From positions 1 through 49,399 of the forward strand of contig CAWKMU010000002.1 in the NCBI GenBank assembly GCA_963850905.1: a DNA stretch of 49,399 nucleotides, in the 5' to 3' direction. Under the pieces are notes generated by a model. It searched no databases, had not been told where the DNA came from, and saw nothing but the letters and a program-made list of their open reading frames with translations. A program made the position numbers and the translations under genes. Numbering within the stretch: the stretch's first letter is position 1; every line of letters begins with the position of its first letter. This document shows positions 18,356 through 28,001 of this stretch, piece by piece. The stretch is from an uncultured Gemmatimonadales bacterium (GTDB lineage Bacteria; Gemmatimonadota; Gemmatimonadetes; Gemmatimonadales; Gemmatimonadaceae).

Positions 18356-19234
18356 CTACTTCTTCCCCCCGAAGAGCGGCGGCCGCTTCTCGAAAAAAGC
18401 GGTTAGCCCTTCGGCAAAGGCCGGCCCGTCAGCGATGCGCGCAAGCTCCTGCAACTCGCGATCGAGGTGATAATCGAGCTGGTCCACGCCCGCGGCCTGA
18501 TTCAGGAGTGCCTTCGCGATGCCCTGTGCCTGCGTTGGGCCCGCCGCTACGCGCTGGGCGATCTCGAGGACGTCGTCCAGGAACCCGGCTGTCGGCAGCA
18601 CGCCTGTGATGAGTCCCCTGCAGAGCGCCTCGCCAGCCGAGAGCCTCGGATTGAGCAGTACCAACTCCATCGCTTGGCGGAGTCCGATCAGCCTCGGCAG
18701 GAAGAACGTGGAGCTCTCGGCACCGGTCAGGCCGGTCTTGTGGTAGGCCCACTCGAAGGTCGCGCGCTCCGACGCAAAGACGAGATCGCAGCACATGGCA
18801 AGTCCGAACCCGCCCGCCGCGGCGACGCCGTCCACCGCGGCGATGAACGGCTTGGGCGCTCGCTTGATCTCCGAAATCGTGCTGTGGATGTACTCGAGAA
18901 TCTCCTTGAAGCTCTCGCCGTAGCCACCAGTCGTCGGCGTCCCGTCCGGATGCAGGTACGCGAAGTCGGCCGCGTTCCCGCGTTGCCGTACGTATTTCAG
19001 ATCGGCTCCGCTGCAGAACACGCCGCCCGACCCGGTGAGCACAACACATCGAATGTCCGGTGCGCGGGCCAACTCGAGCCCCGCGCGGCGGAGCTCTTGC
19101 GCCGTCGCGACGTCCAGAGAATTGAACCGTTCCGGCCGGTCAATGGTGATCGTGCCTACCGGCCCAGCTCGCGAGATCTGGACGTGGCGCATCGGGGGTC
19201 GTTCCGCCCGTGGCGGCGCAGCGCTGGATTCCAC
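18356..19234 (-). CDS. Enoyl-CoA hydratase/isomerase (crotonase) family protein
   Basis: ITIDRPERFNSL, FCSGADL, KPFIAAVDGVAAAGGFGLAMCCDL, EGLTAFFEKRPP; begins 21 bp after the hypE stop. Confidence 0.92.
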   Translation of the reverse strand: MESSAAPPRAERPPMRHVQISRAGPVGTITIDRPERFNSLDVATAQELRRAGLELARAPDIRCVVLTGSGGVFCSGADLKYVRQRGNAADFAYLHPDGTPTTGGYGESFKEILEYIHSTISEIKRAPKPFIAAVDGVAAAGGFGLAMCCDLVFASERATFEWAYHKTGLTGAESSTFFLPRLIGLRQAMELVLLNPRLSAGEALCRGLITGVLPTAGFLDDVLEIAQRVAAGPTQAQGIAKALLNQAAGVDQLDYHLDRELQELARIADGPAFAEGLTAFFEKRPPLFGGKK

Positions 19235-19255
19235 CGAACAGTGCTCCAGCCGCGC

Positions 19256-20329
19256 TCAGCAAATGCGTGGCAACGGGTCGCCTTCCACTTCGGTCATGAG
19301 CCGCCGTCCGATCCCCGTGTCGAGCACGACCCGTCCGGCGGGGCCGGCAGTGCACTCGCCGATGAGCGCTGCGTCCTTGCCCAGGGGATGCGCACGCAAC
19401 GCCGCTAGCACACGCTCGACCACGAGATCGTCTCCGCGCACCACTACGATCGCTTTGCCCTCGTTGGCGATCTGGAATGGGTCGAGCCCCAGCAGCTCGG
19501 CGGCTGAGCGCACCGCTGCATGGATTGGCACGGTCTGTTCGTGGATCATGATGCACACACCTGCCTTTTCTGCCATCTCGTGGAGGCAACTGGCGACGCC
19601 GCCACGCGTGGGATCCTTCATCGCGACGATGGCGCCATCGGCTGCTGCGAGCGCGGACCGAACGAGCCCGTTCAGAGGTGCCACGTCGGAGCGCAACTCC
19701 TGTTCGAACGAGAGACCGTGCCGCTTGACCATGAGGGCGATCCCGTGGTCGCCGACTGTGCCCGTGACGATGAGCCGGTCACCGAGTTGAAGCCCGGCAT
19801 CGGAGACCACGGCGCGCGCGAGCCCGACGCCGGTCGTCACCAGGACCAACCCGTCGACTTCCCCGCGGCCCATGACCTTGGTGTCTCCCGTGACGACTGT
19901 CGTCTCCGCTTCCGCGCACGCCTCTACCATCGAACGGTGCACGCGCTCGAGCTCGGACCGCGGGAACCCATCTTCCACGATGACGGCGCAGGTGAGGCCG
20001 AGTGGATCGGTCGCACCCATCATGGCCAGATCGTTGACCGTCCCACAGATCGCGAGGCGCCCGATGTCGCCCCCAGGGAACACGATGGGATGAATGACGT
20101 GGGCGTCCGTTGTCACCACGAGCCATCCGTCCGGCACCGGGATGGCCGCCCCGTCATCCATGGCGGCGAGTCCGATCACGCGCCCACCGTTCAGATTCCG
20201 GATCGCTGGATAGCCTGTCGCGAGCGTCTCCTCAATGAGGCGACGCATCGCACGCCCCCCGGCACCATGCCTCAACGTGACAGCACGGTCCGCCATCGGG
20301 ATCGGTGGGACCTTCACCGCGCTGGTCAT
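19256..20329 (-). CDS. hypE: Hydrogenase maturation carbamoyl dehydratase HypE
   Basis: HGAGG, FPGGDIGRLA.CGTVNDLAMMGA, GDTKV, DPTRGG, ANEGK, C-terminal LPRIC; ATGA overlap with hypD stop. Confidence 0.96.
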   Translation of the reverse strand: MTSAVKVPPIPMADRAVTLRHGAGGRAMRRLIEETLATGYPAIRNLNGGRVIGLAAMDDGAAIPVPDGWLVVTTDAHVIHPIVFPGGDIGRLAICGTVNDLAMMGATDPLGLTCAVIVEDGFPRSELERVHRSMVEACAEAETTVVTGDTKVMGRGEVDGLVLVTTGVGLARAVVSDAGLQLGDRLIVTGTVGDHGIALMVKRHGLSFEQELRSDVAPLNGLVRSALAAADGAIVAMKDPTRGGVASCLHEMAEKAGVCIMIHEQTVPIHAAVRSAAELLGLDPFQIANEGKAIVVVRGDDLVVERVLAALRAHPLGKDAALIGECTAGPAGRVVLDTGIGRRLMTEVEGDPLPRIC

Positions 20330-21459
20330 AGCTCGGGATGCCCGCCGTACTGATGCCAAATGCGGCACGTCCCTTCACTACTCACCATGCACGCGCCGAC
20401 CGGACTGTCGGGCACGCATTCGCGGCCGAACAGGGAGCAGTTCGACGGAGAGGCAATGCCGGCCATGATGTCGCCGCAGACGCACAGTTGCGTGAGCGCA
20501 GCTGGCGCGTGTCGCCACAATCGCTGCAGGTCGATGGAAAATCGGTGTCGCGCGTCGAGATGCGCGAACTCGTCACGCAGTCGCAAGTTTCCATTGGGCA
20601 CGTGCGCAATGCCACGCCAGCGGCCGCCAGTAGTCCGAAAGACACGCCAGAGCTGGGCTTGCGCGTTTCGATTGCCCGCCGCAGTGACACATCGCGGAAA
20701 CATGTTCACCACGCGCGGCGTGCGATCCCGCACGAGCTCGACCAGCTTGACGAGGCCCGCCAGAATGTCGAGCGGCTCGAACCCGGCTACGACGACGGGG
20801 ATCTGATGTCGCTCGACGAATCGCTCGAAGATTGCCCACCCCGTGATCGTGGCCGCGTGGCCGGCGGCGAGGAAGCCCTCGACCCGCGTGCCGGGCATCT
20901 CCGCAACGATCTCCATGACCGGTGGGATGTACTTGTGGGCAGAGAGAACGGAGAAATTCGGAGGGGGATCGTCCAGAATGACCGCGGCAGTCGCGACGGC
21001 TGTCGTCTCGAACCCGCTGGCGAAAAAGACGACCTCCTCGCTCGTGTCTCGTGCGAGCTCGACGGCCTGCGTCGCACTGTACACCACGTCGACACGCGCA
21101 CCAGCACCCAGCACGTCGGCGAGTGAGTACGCGCTGCCCGGGACCTTGAGCATGTCCCCGTACGTCGCGATCCGCACGCCGTCTTGCGCGAGCACGACGG
21201 CTTCATCGACCTCTGGCAGGTCTGTGACGCACACTGGGCAGCCCGGGCCCATAATGACGTCGAGCGCGCGCGGTAGCACCGCGCGAAGACCGAACTTGGC
21301 GATGGCCTGCTCGTGGCTCCCGCAGACGTGCATCAGGGAGATGGGCGAGCGACCAGTTTCGGTGCAGAGCCGTTCGAGCGCTTGCGCGAGGGCGTGCGCG
21401 CGTGTGGAATCTCGGAACTTGAGCTCACTGCCTGCTTGGAGCGTCACAAGGTCGGACAT
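20326..21459 (-). CDS. hypD: Hydrogenase maturation protein HypD
   Basis: MHVCGSHE, GPGCPVCVT, GFETT, GFEPLDIL, PVGACMVSSEGTC. Confidence 0.96.
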   Translation of the reverse strand: MSDLVTLQAGSELKFRDSTRAHALAQALERLCTETGRSPISLMHVCGSHEQAIAKFGLRAVLPRALDVIMGPGCPVCVTDLPEVDEAVVLAQDGVRIATYGDMLKVPGSAYSLADVLGAGARVDVVYSATQAVELARDTSEEVVFFASGFETTAVATAAVILDDPPPNFSVLSAHKYIPPVMEIVAEMPGTRVEGFLAAGHAATITGWAIFERFVERHQIPVVVAGFEPLDILAGLVKLVELVRDRTPRVVNMFPRCVTAAGNRNAQAQLWRVFRTTGGRWRGIAHVPNGNLRLRDEFAHLDARHRFSIDLQRLWRHAPAALTQLCVCGDIMAGIASPSNCSLFGRECVPDSPVGACMVSSEGTCRIWHQYGGHPEL

Positions 21460-21743
21460 TGGCTGCCTCCCACGCCGCTTGCATTGATCTCGCCACGGAC
21501 GTCGCTCGCCATCAGGTCTGCGTCCGAGTCCGCGAGCAACCGCTCATACAGTGCCAGCGTCTCACCAATCTCAGAGGCGGGAATTTTCCGGATCGCGAAC
21601 CCGACGTGGTTGAGGATGTAGTCACCCGGGATGACCGGTTCGTCGATCACGTCGAGCCGGGTCTCGCGACGGACACCCCAGAAATCGACGATCGCCACTC
21701 GGTCGTTGACCTGGACGACTTGGCCCGGCACACCTAAGCACAT
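21444..21743 (-). CDS. hypC: Hydrogenase maturation chaperone HypC
   Basis: MCLGVPG...PGDYILNHVGFAI. Confidence 0.96.
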   Translation of the reverse strand: MCLGVPGQVVQVNDRVAIVDFWGVRRETRLDVIDEPVIPGDYILNHVGFAIRKIPASEIGETLALYERLLADSDADLMASDVRGEINASGVGGSQCPTL

Positions 21744-24085
21744 TGGTCCGCTCCTCGCCCCACCCAGGGCTGATCGAGCCCCGCGGCGCGCACCGCGGCC
21801 GCAACGGCAACCTGGCCATAACTCACGCCACCGTCATTGGCCGGCAGTCCGCACGGCACCAGCACGCGGAGGCGGCGACGCGTCAGCTCCTCGGCCAAGC
21901 CGGACAAGAGGCGAGCGTTCTGAAATACGCCGCCGCCCAGCGCGACAGTCGTTACGCCAGCGACGTCGCATGCGCGGACGACCGCCGCTGCGGTGACCGA
22001 GACAATGGTGTCGTGCCAGGACGCGGCGAGCACTGCGCGATCGTCCCCCCGTTGGGCACGCTCGCCCAATGCGACCAATGGCGGCACCGGATCGAACAGG
22101 ATCTCCGGTGGTGACTCGGCGGCGAGCGGGAAGACCGCTCCAGCGTGTCGGCCAGCCAGCGCCTCCAGCTCCATCGCTGCCTGCCCCTCGAATTGCGCTC
22201 GTTGTCGAAGGCCAAGCACGGCCGCGGCCGCGTCGAACAGGCGCCCCATTGACGAGGCGAGTGGCGCGTTCAGTCCGCGTCGGGCTTGGAGGAGCACCAG
22301 CTCTTGTTCGCGCAGCGAGATGCCACAGAACGCGAGGCGGAAGCTGGGAGCTGCATGCGGCGCACCCGCCAGATAACCCACGACCGTGCGCCACGGGTTC
22401 GCGATAGCGAGCTCGCCGCCCGGGAGCGGGACGTAGGGCAGATGTGCGACGCGCGTGTACCCCGCGAGATCGGCCAGCAGCAACTCGGCACCCCACAGGT
22501 GCCCGTCGGCCCCGTAGCCGGTGCCGTCCCAGGCGACGCCGAGGGCCGGTTCGGTGAATCCATGCTCGGCGAGGACGGCCGCAATGTGCGCGTGGTGGTG
22601 CTGCACGACGACGACCTCGCTCGTGCCGAGCTCGTGGGCGAGCTGGTCCGCGACCTCTGTCGACGCGTAGCCTGGGTGTGCGTCGCGGGCGATCGTGGAC
22701 GGGTGGATGCGATAGAGTCGACATTGATCGGCAATCACCCACCTGTAACGTTCGATCGACTCGACCGTATCGAGATCGCCAATATGCTGGCTCACCCACA
22801 CCGAGCGGCCTGCCCCCACCGCGATCGTGGATTTCTGCTGGGCGCCGAGTCCAATGATGCTGCCCGGAGCTGCGACCGGCAGTTCGATCGGCAGTGACGT
22901 ATACCCACGCGAGCGTCGGATGAACTGCAGGCCGCCGGCAGCGCTGCGGACGACAGAGTCGTCGACAGGCCGCACGATCTCGCGGTCATGCAGCAGGAAA
23001 CCATCAGCAATGCGAGCGAGGTCGCGACGTGCGGCGCCCAGATCCGTGATGATGGGTGCGCCACGCCAGTTGCCGCTCGTCATGACGAGGGGTCTACGCA
23101 CCGCGTCGAGCAACAGGCAGTGTAGCGGCGTGTACGGGAGCATGATGCCGATCGTGCGCATTCCCGGCGCGACAAACGGGGCCAGCCCGGGATTGGCGCC
23201 CGCGCTCAAGAGGACGATGGGCCGCTCGGCACTCGCGAGGAGGCGAGCTTCGTCCGGGGATACGCGCGCCAGCTGCCGCGCCTCCTCCACCGTTCGGACC
23301 ATGATGGCCAACGGCTTCGCTTCCCGCCCCTTCCGCTCCCGCAAGCGAGCGACCGCCCCCTCGTGTGTGGCCAGCACGGCAAGGTGAAATCCGCCCAGGC
23401 CGCGGAGTGCCAGGACTCCGCCGGCAGCCACGGTTGCCGCGGCCGCGCGGAGTGCAGCCTCCGTGCCGACGACGCGCGCGGCGGGGAGAGCAGCTTCGTA
23501 CCACAGCTCTGGCCCACACGCGGGGCAACTGTTCGTTTGGCTATGATACCGGCGATCGGTGGGCGATCGGTACTCCGCCGCGCATCGCCGACATGCGACA
23601 AAAGCACGCATGCTCGTGCGGGTGCGATCATATGGCAATGCGTCAATCAGGGAGTAGCGCGGCCCGCAGTCGGTGCACGTGATGAATGGATAACGGAACC
23701 GCACGTTCGACGGGTCAAACAGCTCCGCCTCGCACGACGTACAGATTGCGACATCGGGAGGCAGCGGCGACCGGGTGTCGCGCGCGTCCTCGCTCTCCAG
23801 AATGGAGAACGCGGGCGCGTGGACCGGCGGCGCGTCGGCCAAATCCAGTGACACGATGCGTGCACGCGGCGGCGCGTGGCGCTCGAGCTGGCGGAGAAAG
23901 TCGCTCACCGCGACGCCGTCGCCATCAACGAGGATCTCGACCTCACCCGCGCAGTTGCGGACCCAGCCTCGCAGGCCAAGGCCAGTCGCGAGCCGATAGA
24001 CAAATGGACGGAACCCCACGCCCTGAACGATGCCGGTGACCCGCACGCGTCTGGCGGCTGATGCTCGTTCAGCAGTGCCCGTCAT
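21734..24085 (-). CDS. hypF: Carbamoyltransferase HypF
   Basis: GIVQGVGFRPFVY acylphosphatase domain, two CxxC-X18-CxxC zinc fingers, GLGGFHLA, SQHIGDL, QHHHAH, DGTGYG, SSMGRLFD, NDGGVSYGQ; ATGA overlap with hypB stop. Confidence 0.96.
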   Translation of the reverse strand: MTGTAERASAARRVRVTGIVQGVGFRPFVYRLATGLGLRGWVRNCAGEVEILVDGDGVAVSDFLRQLERHAPPRARIVSLDLADAPPVHAPAFSILESEDARDTRSPLPPDVAICTSCEAELFDPSNVRFRYPFITCTDCGPRYSLIDALPYDRTRTSMRAFVACRRCAAEYRSPTDRRYHSQTNSCPACGPELWYEAALPAARVVGTEAALRAAAATVAAGGVLALRGLGGFHLAVLATHEGAVARLRERKGREAKPLAIMVRTVEEARQLARVSPDEARLLASAERPIVLLSAGANPGLAPFVAPGMRTIGIMLPYTPLHCLLLDAVRRPLVMTSGNWRGAPIITDLGAARRDLARIADGFLLHDREIVRPVDDSVVRSAAGGLQFIRRSRGYTSLPIELPVAAPGSIIGLGAQQKSTIAVGAGRSVWVSQHIGDLDTVESIERYRWVIADQCRLYRIHPSTIARDAHPGYASTEVADQLAHELGTSEVVVVQHHHAHIAAVLAEHGFTEPALGVAWDGTGYGADGHLWGAELLLADLAGYTRVAHLPYVPLPGGELAIANPWRTVVGYLAGAPHAAPSFRLAFCGISLREQELVLLQARRGLNAPLASSMGRLFDAAAAVLGLRQRAQFEGQAAMELEALAGRHAGAVFPLAAESPPEILFDPVPPLVALGERAQRGDDRAVLAASWHDTIVSVTAAAVVRACDVAGVTTVALGGGVFQNARLLSGLAEELTRRRLRVLVPCGLPANDGGVSYGQVAVAAAVRAAGLDQPWVGRGADQCA

Positions 24086-24771
24086 GCGACGACCGCCTGA
24101 GTGGCAACCCGCGCCTCGCACACTAGGCGCCGAAGCAGCGCGTACCACTCATTCAGGCCCTCGCCGGTCAGCGCCGACGTGGTGACGCACGCGAGGTTCG
24201 GATTGACGTCTCGCGCACATCGCGTCGCTGCCTCGAGGTCGAACGGCACGTAGGGGAGCAAATCGATCTTCGTAAACACTGCGTATTGCGCGCGCTGGAA
24301 CACCGACGGGTACTTCTCTGGTTTATCCTCGCCCTCGGTCACGGAGAACAGCACCACTTTCGCCGATTCCCCGAGATCCCACGCGGCGGGACAAACGAGA
24401 TTGCCGACATTCTCGATGAACACGAGTTGGACATCTCGGAGCGTGATCGCGTCCAGTGCGGTGTCGACCTGCCGAGCGTCGAGGTGGCACGCGCCCCCGG
24501 TGACGACGGCATGGACCAACTGCGCGGTATGCCGCTCGAGGCGTCGGGCGTCGTTCTCCGTCTGCACGTCTCCTACGATCACCGCTGTCGCTATCTCGTT
24601 GCCCAGCGCATCGAGCGTACGTTCGAGCAGAGTCGTCTTACCAGCTCCCGGCGACGAGACGAGATTGATGGCGACGGTCCCGCTGGCGTGGAGTCTTTCC
24701 CTGATCCCGCGGGCGATGTCGTCGTTGCGCGCCATGACGCGCTCGCGCAGCTCAATGCGCCGGATGGTCAT
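24082..24771 (-). CDS. hypB: Hydrogenase nickel-insertion GTPase HypB
   Basis: SSPGAGKTTLLE, TGGACHLDA, ENVGNLVCPA, SVTEGEDKP.KYP, TKIDL; short form without His-rich N-terminus. Confidence 0.95.
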   Translation of the reverse strand: MTIRRIELRERVMARNDDIARGIRERLHASGTVAINLVSSPGAGKTTLLERTLDALGNEIATAVIVGDVQTENDARRLERHTAQLVHAVVTGGACHLDARQVDTALDAITLRDVQLVFIENVGNLVCPAAWDLGESAKVVLFSVTEGEDKPEKYPSVFQRAQYAVFTKIDLLPYVPFDLEAATRCARDVNPNLACVTTSALTGEGLNEWYALLRRLVCEARVATQAVVA

Positions 24772-25012
24772 CGTCGAGCTCGAAGTACCGCACGCGGAGG
24801 ATATCACCAGGACAGCGTACAAGGACGGGCTGGGCCCGAGCAAAGGGCGGCCCGGCGAGGACCGCGTGCAGACAGAAATCCAGGCTAGTCAGGTCGACCC
24901 CGGCGTCGTCTCCCACATCCACGGCGACCGTCACGACATTGGGCAGCGCCTCCGCCCCCACGTGCGCTTCCGCGATGCGGCAGATCTCGAGCGCGATGCT
25001 CATCTCATGCAC
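24752..25012 (-). CDS. hypA: Hydrogenase nickel metallochaperone HypA, short form lacking zinc finger
   Basis: GTG start gives MHEMSIA...VG..AGVD..SLDFC...GDILRVRYFEL (86 aa); located between the protease and hypB; no CxxC pairs. Confidence 0.85.
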   Translation of the reverse strand: MHEMSIALEICRIAEAHVGAEALPNVVTVAVDVGDDAGVDLTSLDFCLHAVLAGPPFARAQPVLVRCPGDILRVRYFELDDDHPAH

Positions 25013-25517
25013 ACGCCGACTCCGGCCGCTCAGACGCGTGGTGGCCCCAGGCCGCCAGCTGCGAGGCACTTAGTGCAATGACGCCGTCGACCGCCGCCGC
25101 GACCGGTACCGACAGCGGCTCGCCAAACACGACCCGTCCCGGCTGCGCGCCGATCGCCGTGATCGCGCTCGGATACGTGCCTCGCAACTCGGCGAGTGCG
25201 AGCACATCGCGCAAGCCCACCTGATGCGGCGAGATCGACAGATCGAGGCGCCGTGGCAGCTCGTTGGCATCGAGCGTGATGATCGTCCCGGGTGCGGCAC
25301 CCACGTCGATCGCGTCGATGACCAGCAACCGATCCGCCGCCTCCACAGTCGGCAGCAGTCTGAGCCCCCACGTCTCGCCATCGACGATCGTCACGTCGTG
25401 TCCCCAGTCCCAACGTTGGAGGCGGCGCAGCACTATCGCACCCAGCCCGTCATCCCCCATGAGCGGATTGCCGAGGGCCAGGACGACGGTGCCGCCGGTC
25501 GGATCACTCGTCCGCAT
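25005..25517 (-). CDS. Hydrogenase maturation endopeptidase (HyaD/HybD family)
   Basis: VLALGNPLMGDDGLG, VDGETWG, LLVIDAI, SPHQVGL. Confidence 0.93.
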   Translation of the reverse strand: MRTSDPTGGTVVLALGNPLMGDDGLGAIVLRRLQRWDWGHDVTIVDGETWGLRLLPTVEAADRLLVIDAIDVGAAPGTIITLDANELPRRLDLSISPHQVGLRDVLALAELRGTYPSAITAIGAQPGRVVFGEPLSVPVAAAVDGVIALSASQLAAWGHHASERPESACA

Positions 25518-26286
25518 ACCGCTCGTCGGCCTCGACGAATCGCCCGCCGCTCACGATCGACGTGATGGCGCTAGAGCGCTCGATGACATCCGAGCGGACC
25601 GCGAGGTATATGTGGAACGGGATGAAGATGAGAAAGAACCACGTGGTCACGTGATGCACGAACCGGACGACCTGCAGGCCCCCAAGCAGGTGCGGGACCC
25701 AGGCGAACGCGACGTAGATCACGCCACCAGGATTCGACTGCCCATAGAGCGCGAAGCCGGTCAGCACCATCACGAGCGTCAGGACATAGACCAGCGTGTA
25801 CGACAGCTGCTGCAGCGGATTGTGTCCCAAATAATGCGGCGCACGCTCCGGATGGATCATGAGATAGTACTTGACCATGCGGTACAAATTGACCCAGTCC
25901 CGCCTTCGGACTGGGAAGAGCGCGGGGAGGCGCTCGAATTTGTCGCCGGCGATCAGCCAGTACAGGCGGACGATCCCTGTCGCGACCAGCACGCCCGCCG
26001 CCAGGAAGTGGGTGAGTCGGATCCAGCCCATGAGGTAGGGCGTGCTCGTGCTCTCTGGCGGAGCAAAGTACGGCGCGCCTATGTAGAAACCGGTCACGAT
26101 CAGCACCACGATCGACACCGCCGCCGCCCAATGCATTGCGCGAATGGGCCAGTGCCAGAGATAGACCCAGCGGTAGGACCCCTGCGGCGCTCCAACCTCG
26201 TGCCGCAGCGAAAACGGCGGCCTCGCGTGGGGGTTCCTGCCGAAGGCGGGGGTTCCTGGGCCCGTGGCGGACGGCATTGATGTCAT
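25504..26286 (-). CDS. Ni/Fe-hydrogenase b-type cytochrome subunit (HyaC/CybH family)
   Basis: YLWHWPIRAMHW, TGFYIG.P, RLTHF, GHNPLQQLSY, RFVHHV.TW...HIYL; TGATG coupling to the large-subunit stop. Confidence 0.93.
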   Translation of the reverse strand: MTSMPSATGPGTPAFGRNPHARPPFSLRHEVGAPQGSYRWVYLWHWPIRAMHWAAAVSIVVLIVTGFYIGAPYFAPPESTSTPYLMGWIRLTHFLAAGVLVATGIVRLYWLIAGDKFERLPALFPVRRRDWVNLYRMVKYYLMIHPERAPHYLGHNPLQQLSYTLVYVLTLVMVLTGFALYGQSNPGGVIYVAFAWVPHLLGGLQVVRFVHHVTTWFFLIFIPFHIYLAVRSDVIERSSAITSIVSGGRFVEADERYADE

Positions 26287-28001
26287 CAGTGCACCGTGAT
26301 GCGCGTGATGACGTCTCCCTTGGCGTCGAGCACATGCACCCCACACGCCATGCAGGGATCGAACGAGTGGATCGTCCGAAGGATCTCGAGCGGTTGCTCG
26401 GGGTTGCGGAGCGGATGATTGTCGACCAAGGCCGCTTCGTACGGCCCCATCTGCCCCTTCTCGTCCCGGGGCGAACAGTTCCAGGTGCTCGGCACGACGC
26501 ACTGGTACCGAGTGATCTTCCCATCGCCAATCTCGACCCAGTGCCCGAGCGCGCCGCGCGGCGCATCCACATAGCCGTAGCCCCGCGTCGTCCGCGGCCA
26601 GGCCGCGGGATCCCATTTCGAGTCATCGAAGGTGCGCACGTCGCCCGAGCCGATGCGCTTCACAAGGGCGTCGTACCACGTATTGAGCCGTCGAGCGATG
26701 AGAATCGTTTCGATGCCACGGGCGGCGGTGCGACCGAGCGTCGAGAACAACGCCTCGGGACTGACGCCGAGCTTGGCCAGCGTCTCGGTCACGAGGGGCT
26801 TCACATCGGGGTGGCCGGACCCGTACGCGACGAGCATGCGGGCGAGCGGTCCCACCTGCATCGGCACGCCGTTGTACCGCGGCGCCTTCATCCAGGAGTA
26901 CTTCGACTCGTCTTGCAGGTATTTCCAGGGCGTCGGCGGTCCCGTGTACTTGGGCTTGGTCTGCCCGTCGTACGGATGGAGCCCCTTCTCGTCGCCGCCA
27001 TCGTACGTGTACCAGGAGCTGTGGATGTACTCGGCGACGCCGTTGTGATCGTAGGGCTCGACATGGCTCAGATCACCGTTGGTGATGACGCCGCGTGGAA
27101 AATAGAGCGAGGTGACGTCCCGGACGTCGCTCTCCGGGAACTCGCCGCAGGCGAGAAAATTCTTGGTACCCCCGCCGATCTTCGCCCAATCCTTGTAGTA
27201 ACCCGCAATGGCCACGAGATCGGGCCAATAGACCTGCTCCGCAAATTGCTGCGCCTTCGCGATGAGATCGTGGATTTCGGTGAGGCGCGCGGCATTGATC
27301 GTCGTCAACCCGTCGAGCGAGATCGCCGACGCCATCCCACCGACCAGGAAATTGGGGTGCGGGTTTTTCCCACCGAAGATCGTGTGCAACCGAACCACGT
27401 CACGCTGCCAGTCGAGGGCATCGAGGTAATGCACGACCGCGAGCAGGTTCACCTCTGGCGGCAAGACATACGCCGGATGCCCCCAGTACCCGTTCGCAAA
27501 GATGCCCAGCTGGCCACTGCCGACAAACTTCTTGAGGCGGTCCTGCACCTCACGGAAGTGTGCCACTGAGTTCCCTGGATATGGCGAGAGCGACGCGGCG
27601 ATCCCCGCGGCCTTCGCGGGGTCGGCCTTGAGCGCTGAGACGACGTCCACCCAGTCGAGCGCGTGCAGATGGTAGAAGTGCATCACGTGGTCGTGCACGA
27701 ACTGCATCCCGGTGACAAGATTCCGAATGAGGTTCGCGTTCGCCGGGATATGGATGTCGAGCGCGTCCTCCACGGCGCGCAACGAGGCGACGGCGTGGAC
27801 GACCGTGCAGACGCCGCAGATGCGCTGTGCAAAAGCCCACGCGTCGCGGGGATCGCGACCCTGCATCACGAGCTCGATGCCGCGAAACTGCGTCGAGGAC
27901 GCCCAGGCGTTGGCGATGCGGCCGTTCTCCGCCTGCGCTTCGATGCGCAGGTGCCCTTCGATACGCGTGATCGGATCGACGACGACTTTAGTCGGAGCCA
28001 T
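26286..28001 (-). CDS. Group 1 [NiFe] uptake hydrogenase large subunit
   Basis: DPITRIEGHLR, L1 QRICGVCTVVH, L2 SFDPCMACGVH followed by a 15-aa cleavable extension. Confidence 0.97.
   Translation of the reverse strand: MAPTKVVVDPITRIEGHLRIEAQAENGRIANAWASSTQFRGIELVMQGRDPRDAWAFAQRICGVCTVVHAVASLRAVEDALDIHIPANANLIRNLVTGMQFVHDHVMHFYHLHALDWVDVVSALKADPAKAAGIAASLSPYPGNSVAHFREVQDRLKKFVGSGQLGIFANGYWGHPAYVLPPEVNLLAVVHYLDALDWQRDVVRLHTIFGGKNPHPNFLVGGMASAISLDGLTTINAARLTEIHDLIAKAQQFAEQVYWPDLVAIAGYYKDWAKIGGGTKNFLACGEFPESDVRDVTSLYFPRGVITNGDLSHVEPYDHNGVAEYIHSSWYTYDGGDEKGLHPYDGQTKPKYTGPPTPWKYLQDESKYSWMKAPRYNGVPMQVGPLARMLVAYGSGHPDVKPLVTETLAKLGVSPEALFSTLGRTAARGIETILIARRLNTWYDALVKRIGSGDVRTFDDSKWDPAAWPRTTRGYGYVDAPRGALGHWVEIGDGKITRYQCVVPSTWNCSPRDEKGQMGPYEAALVDNHPLRNPEQPLEILRTIHSFDPCMACGVHVLDAKGDVITRITVH

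Noticed and set aside
26136..27569. Long antisense ORFs (26136..27569 +, 45473..46792 +, 34908..36113 -, 2234..3205 + and similar)
   Set aside because: Shadow frames of well-supported genes in GC-rich DNA; Arg/Ala-rich with no motifs
26286..28001. [NiFeSe] or O2-tolerant group 1d hydrogenase
   Set aside because: L2 has Cys with no in-frame TGA, and the small subunit lacks both supernumerary cysteines
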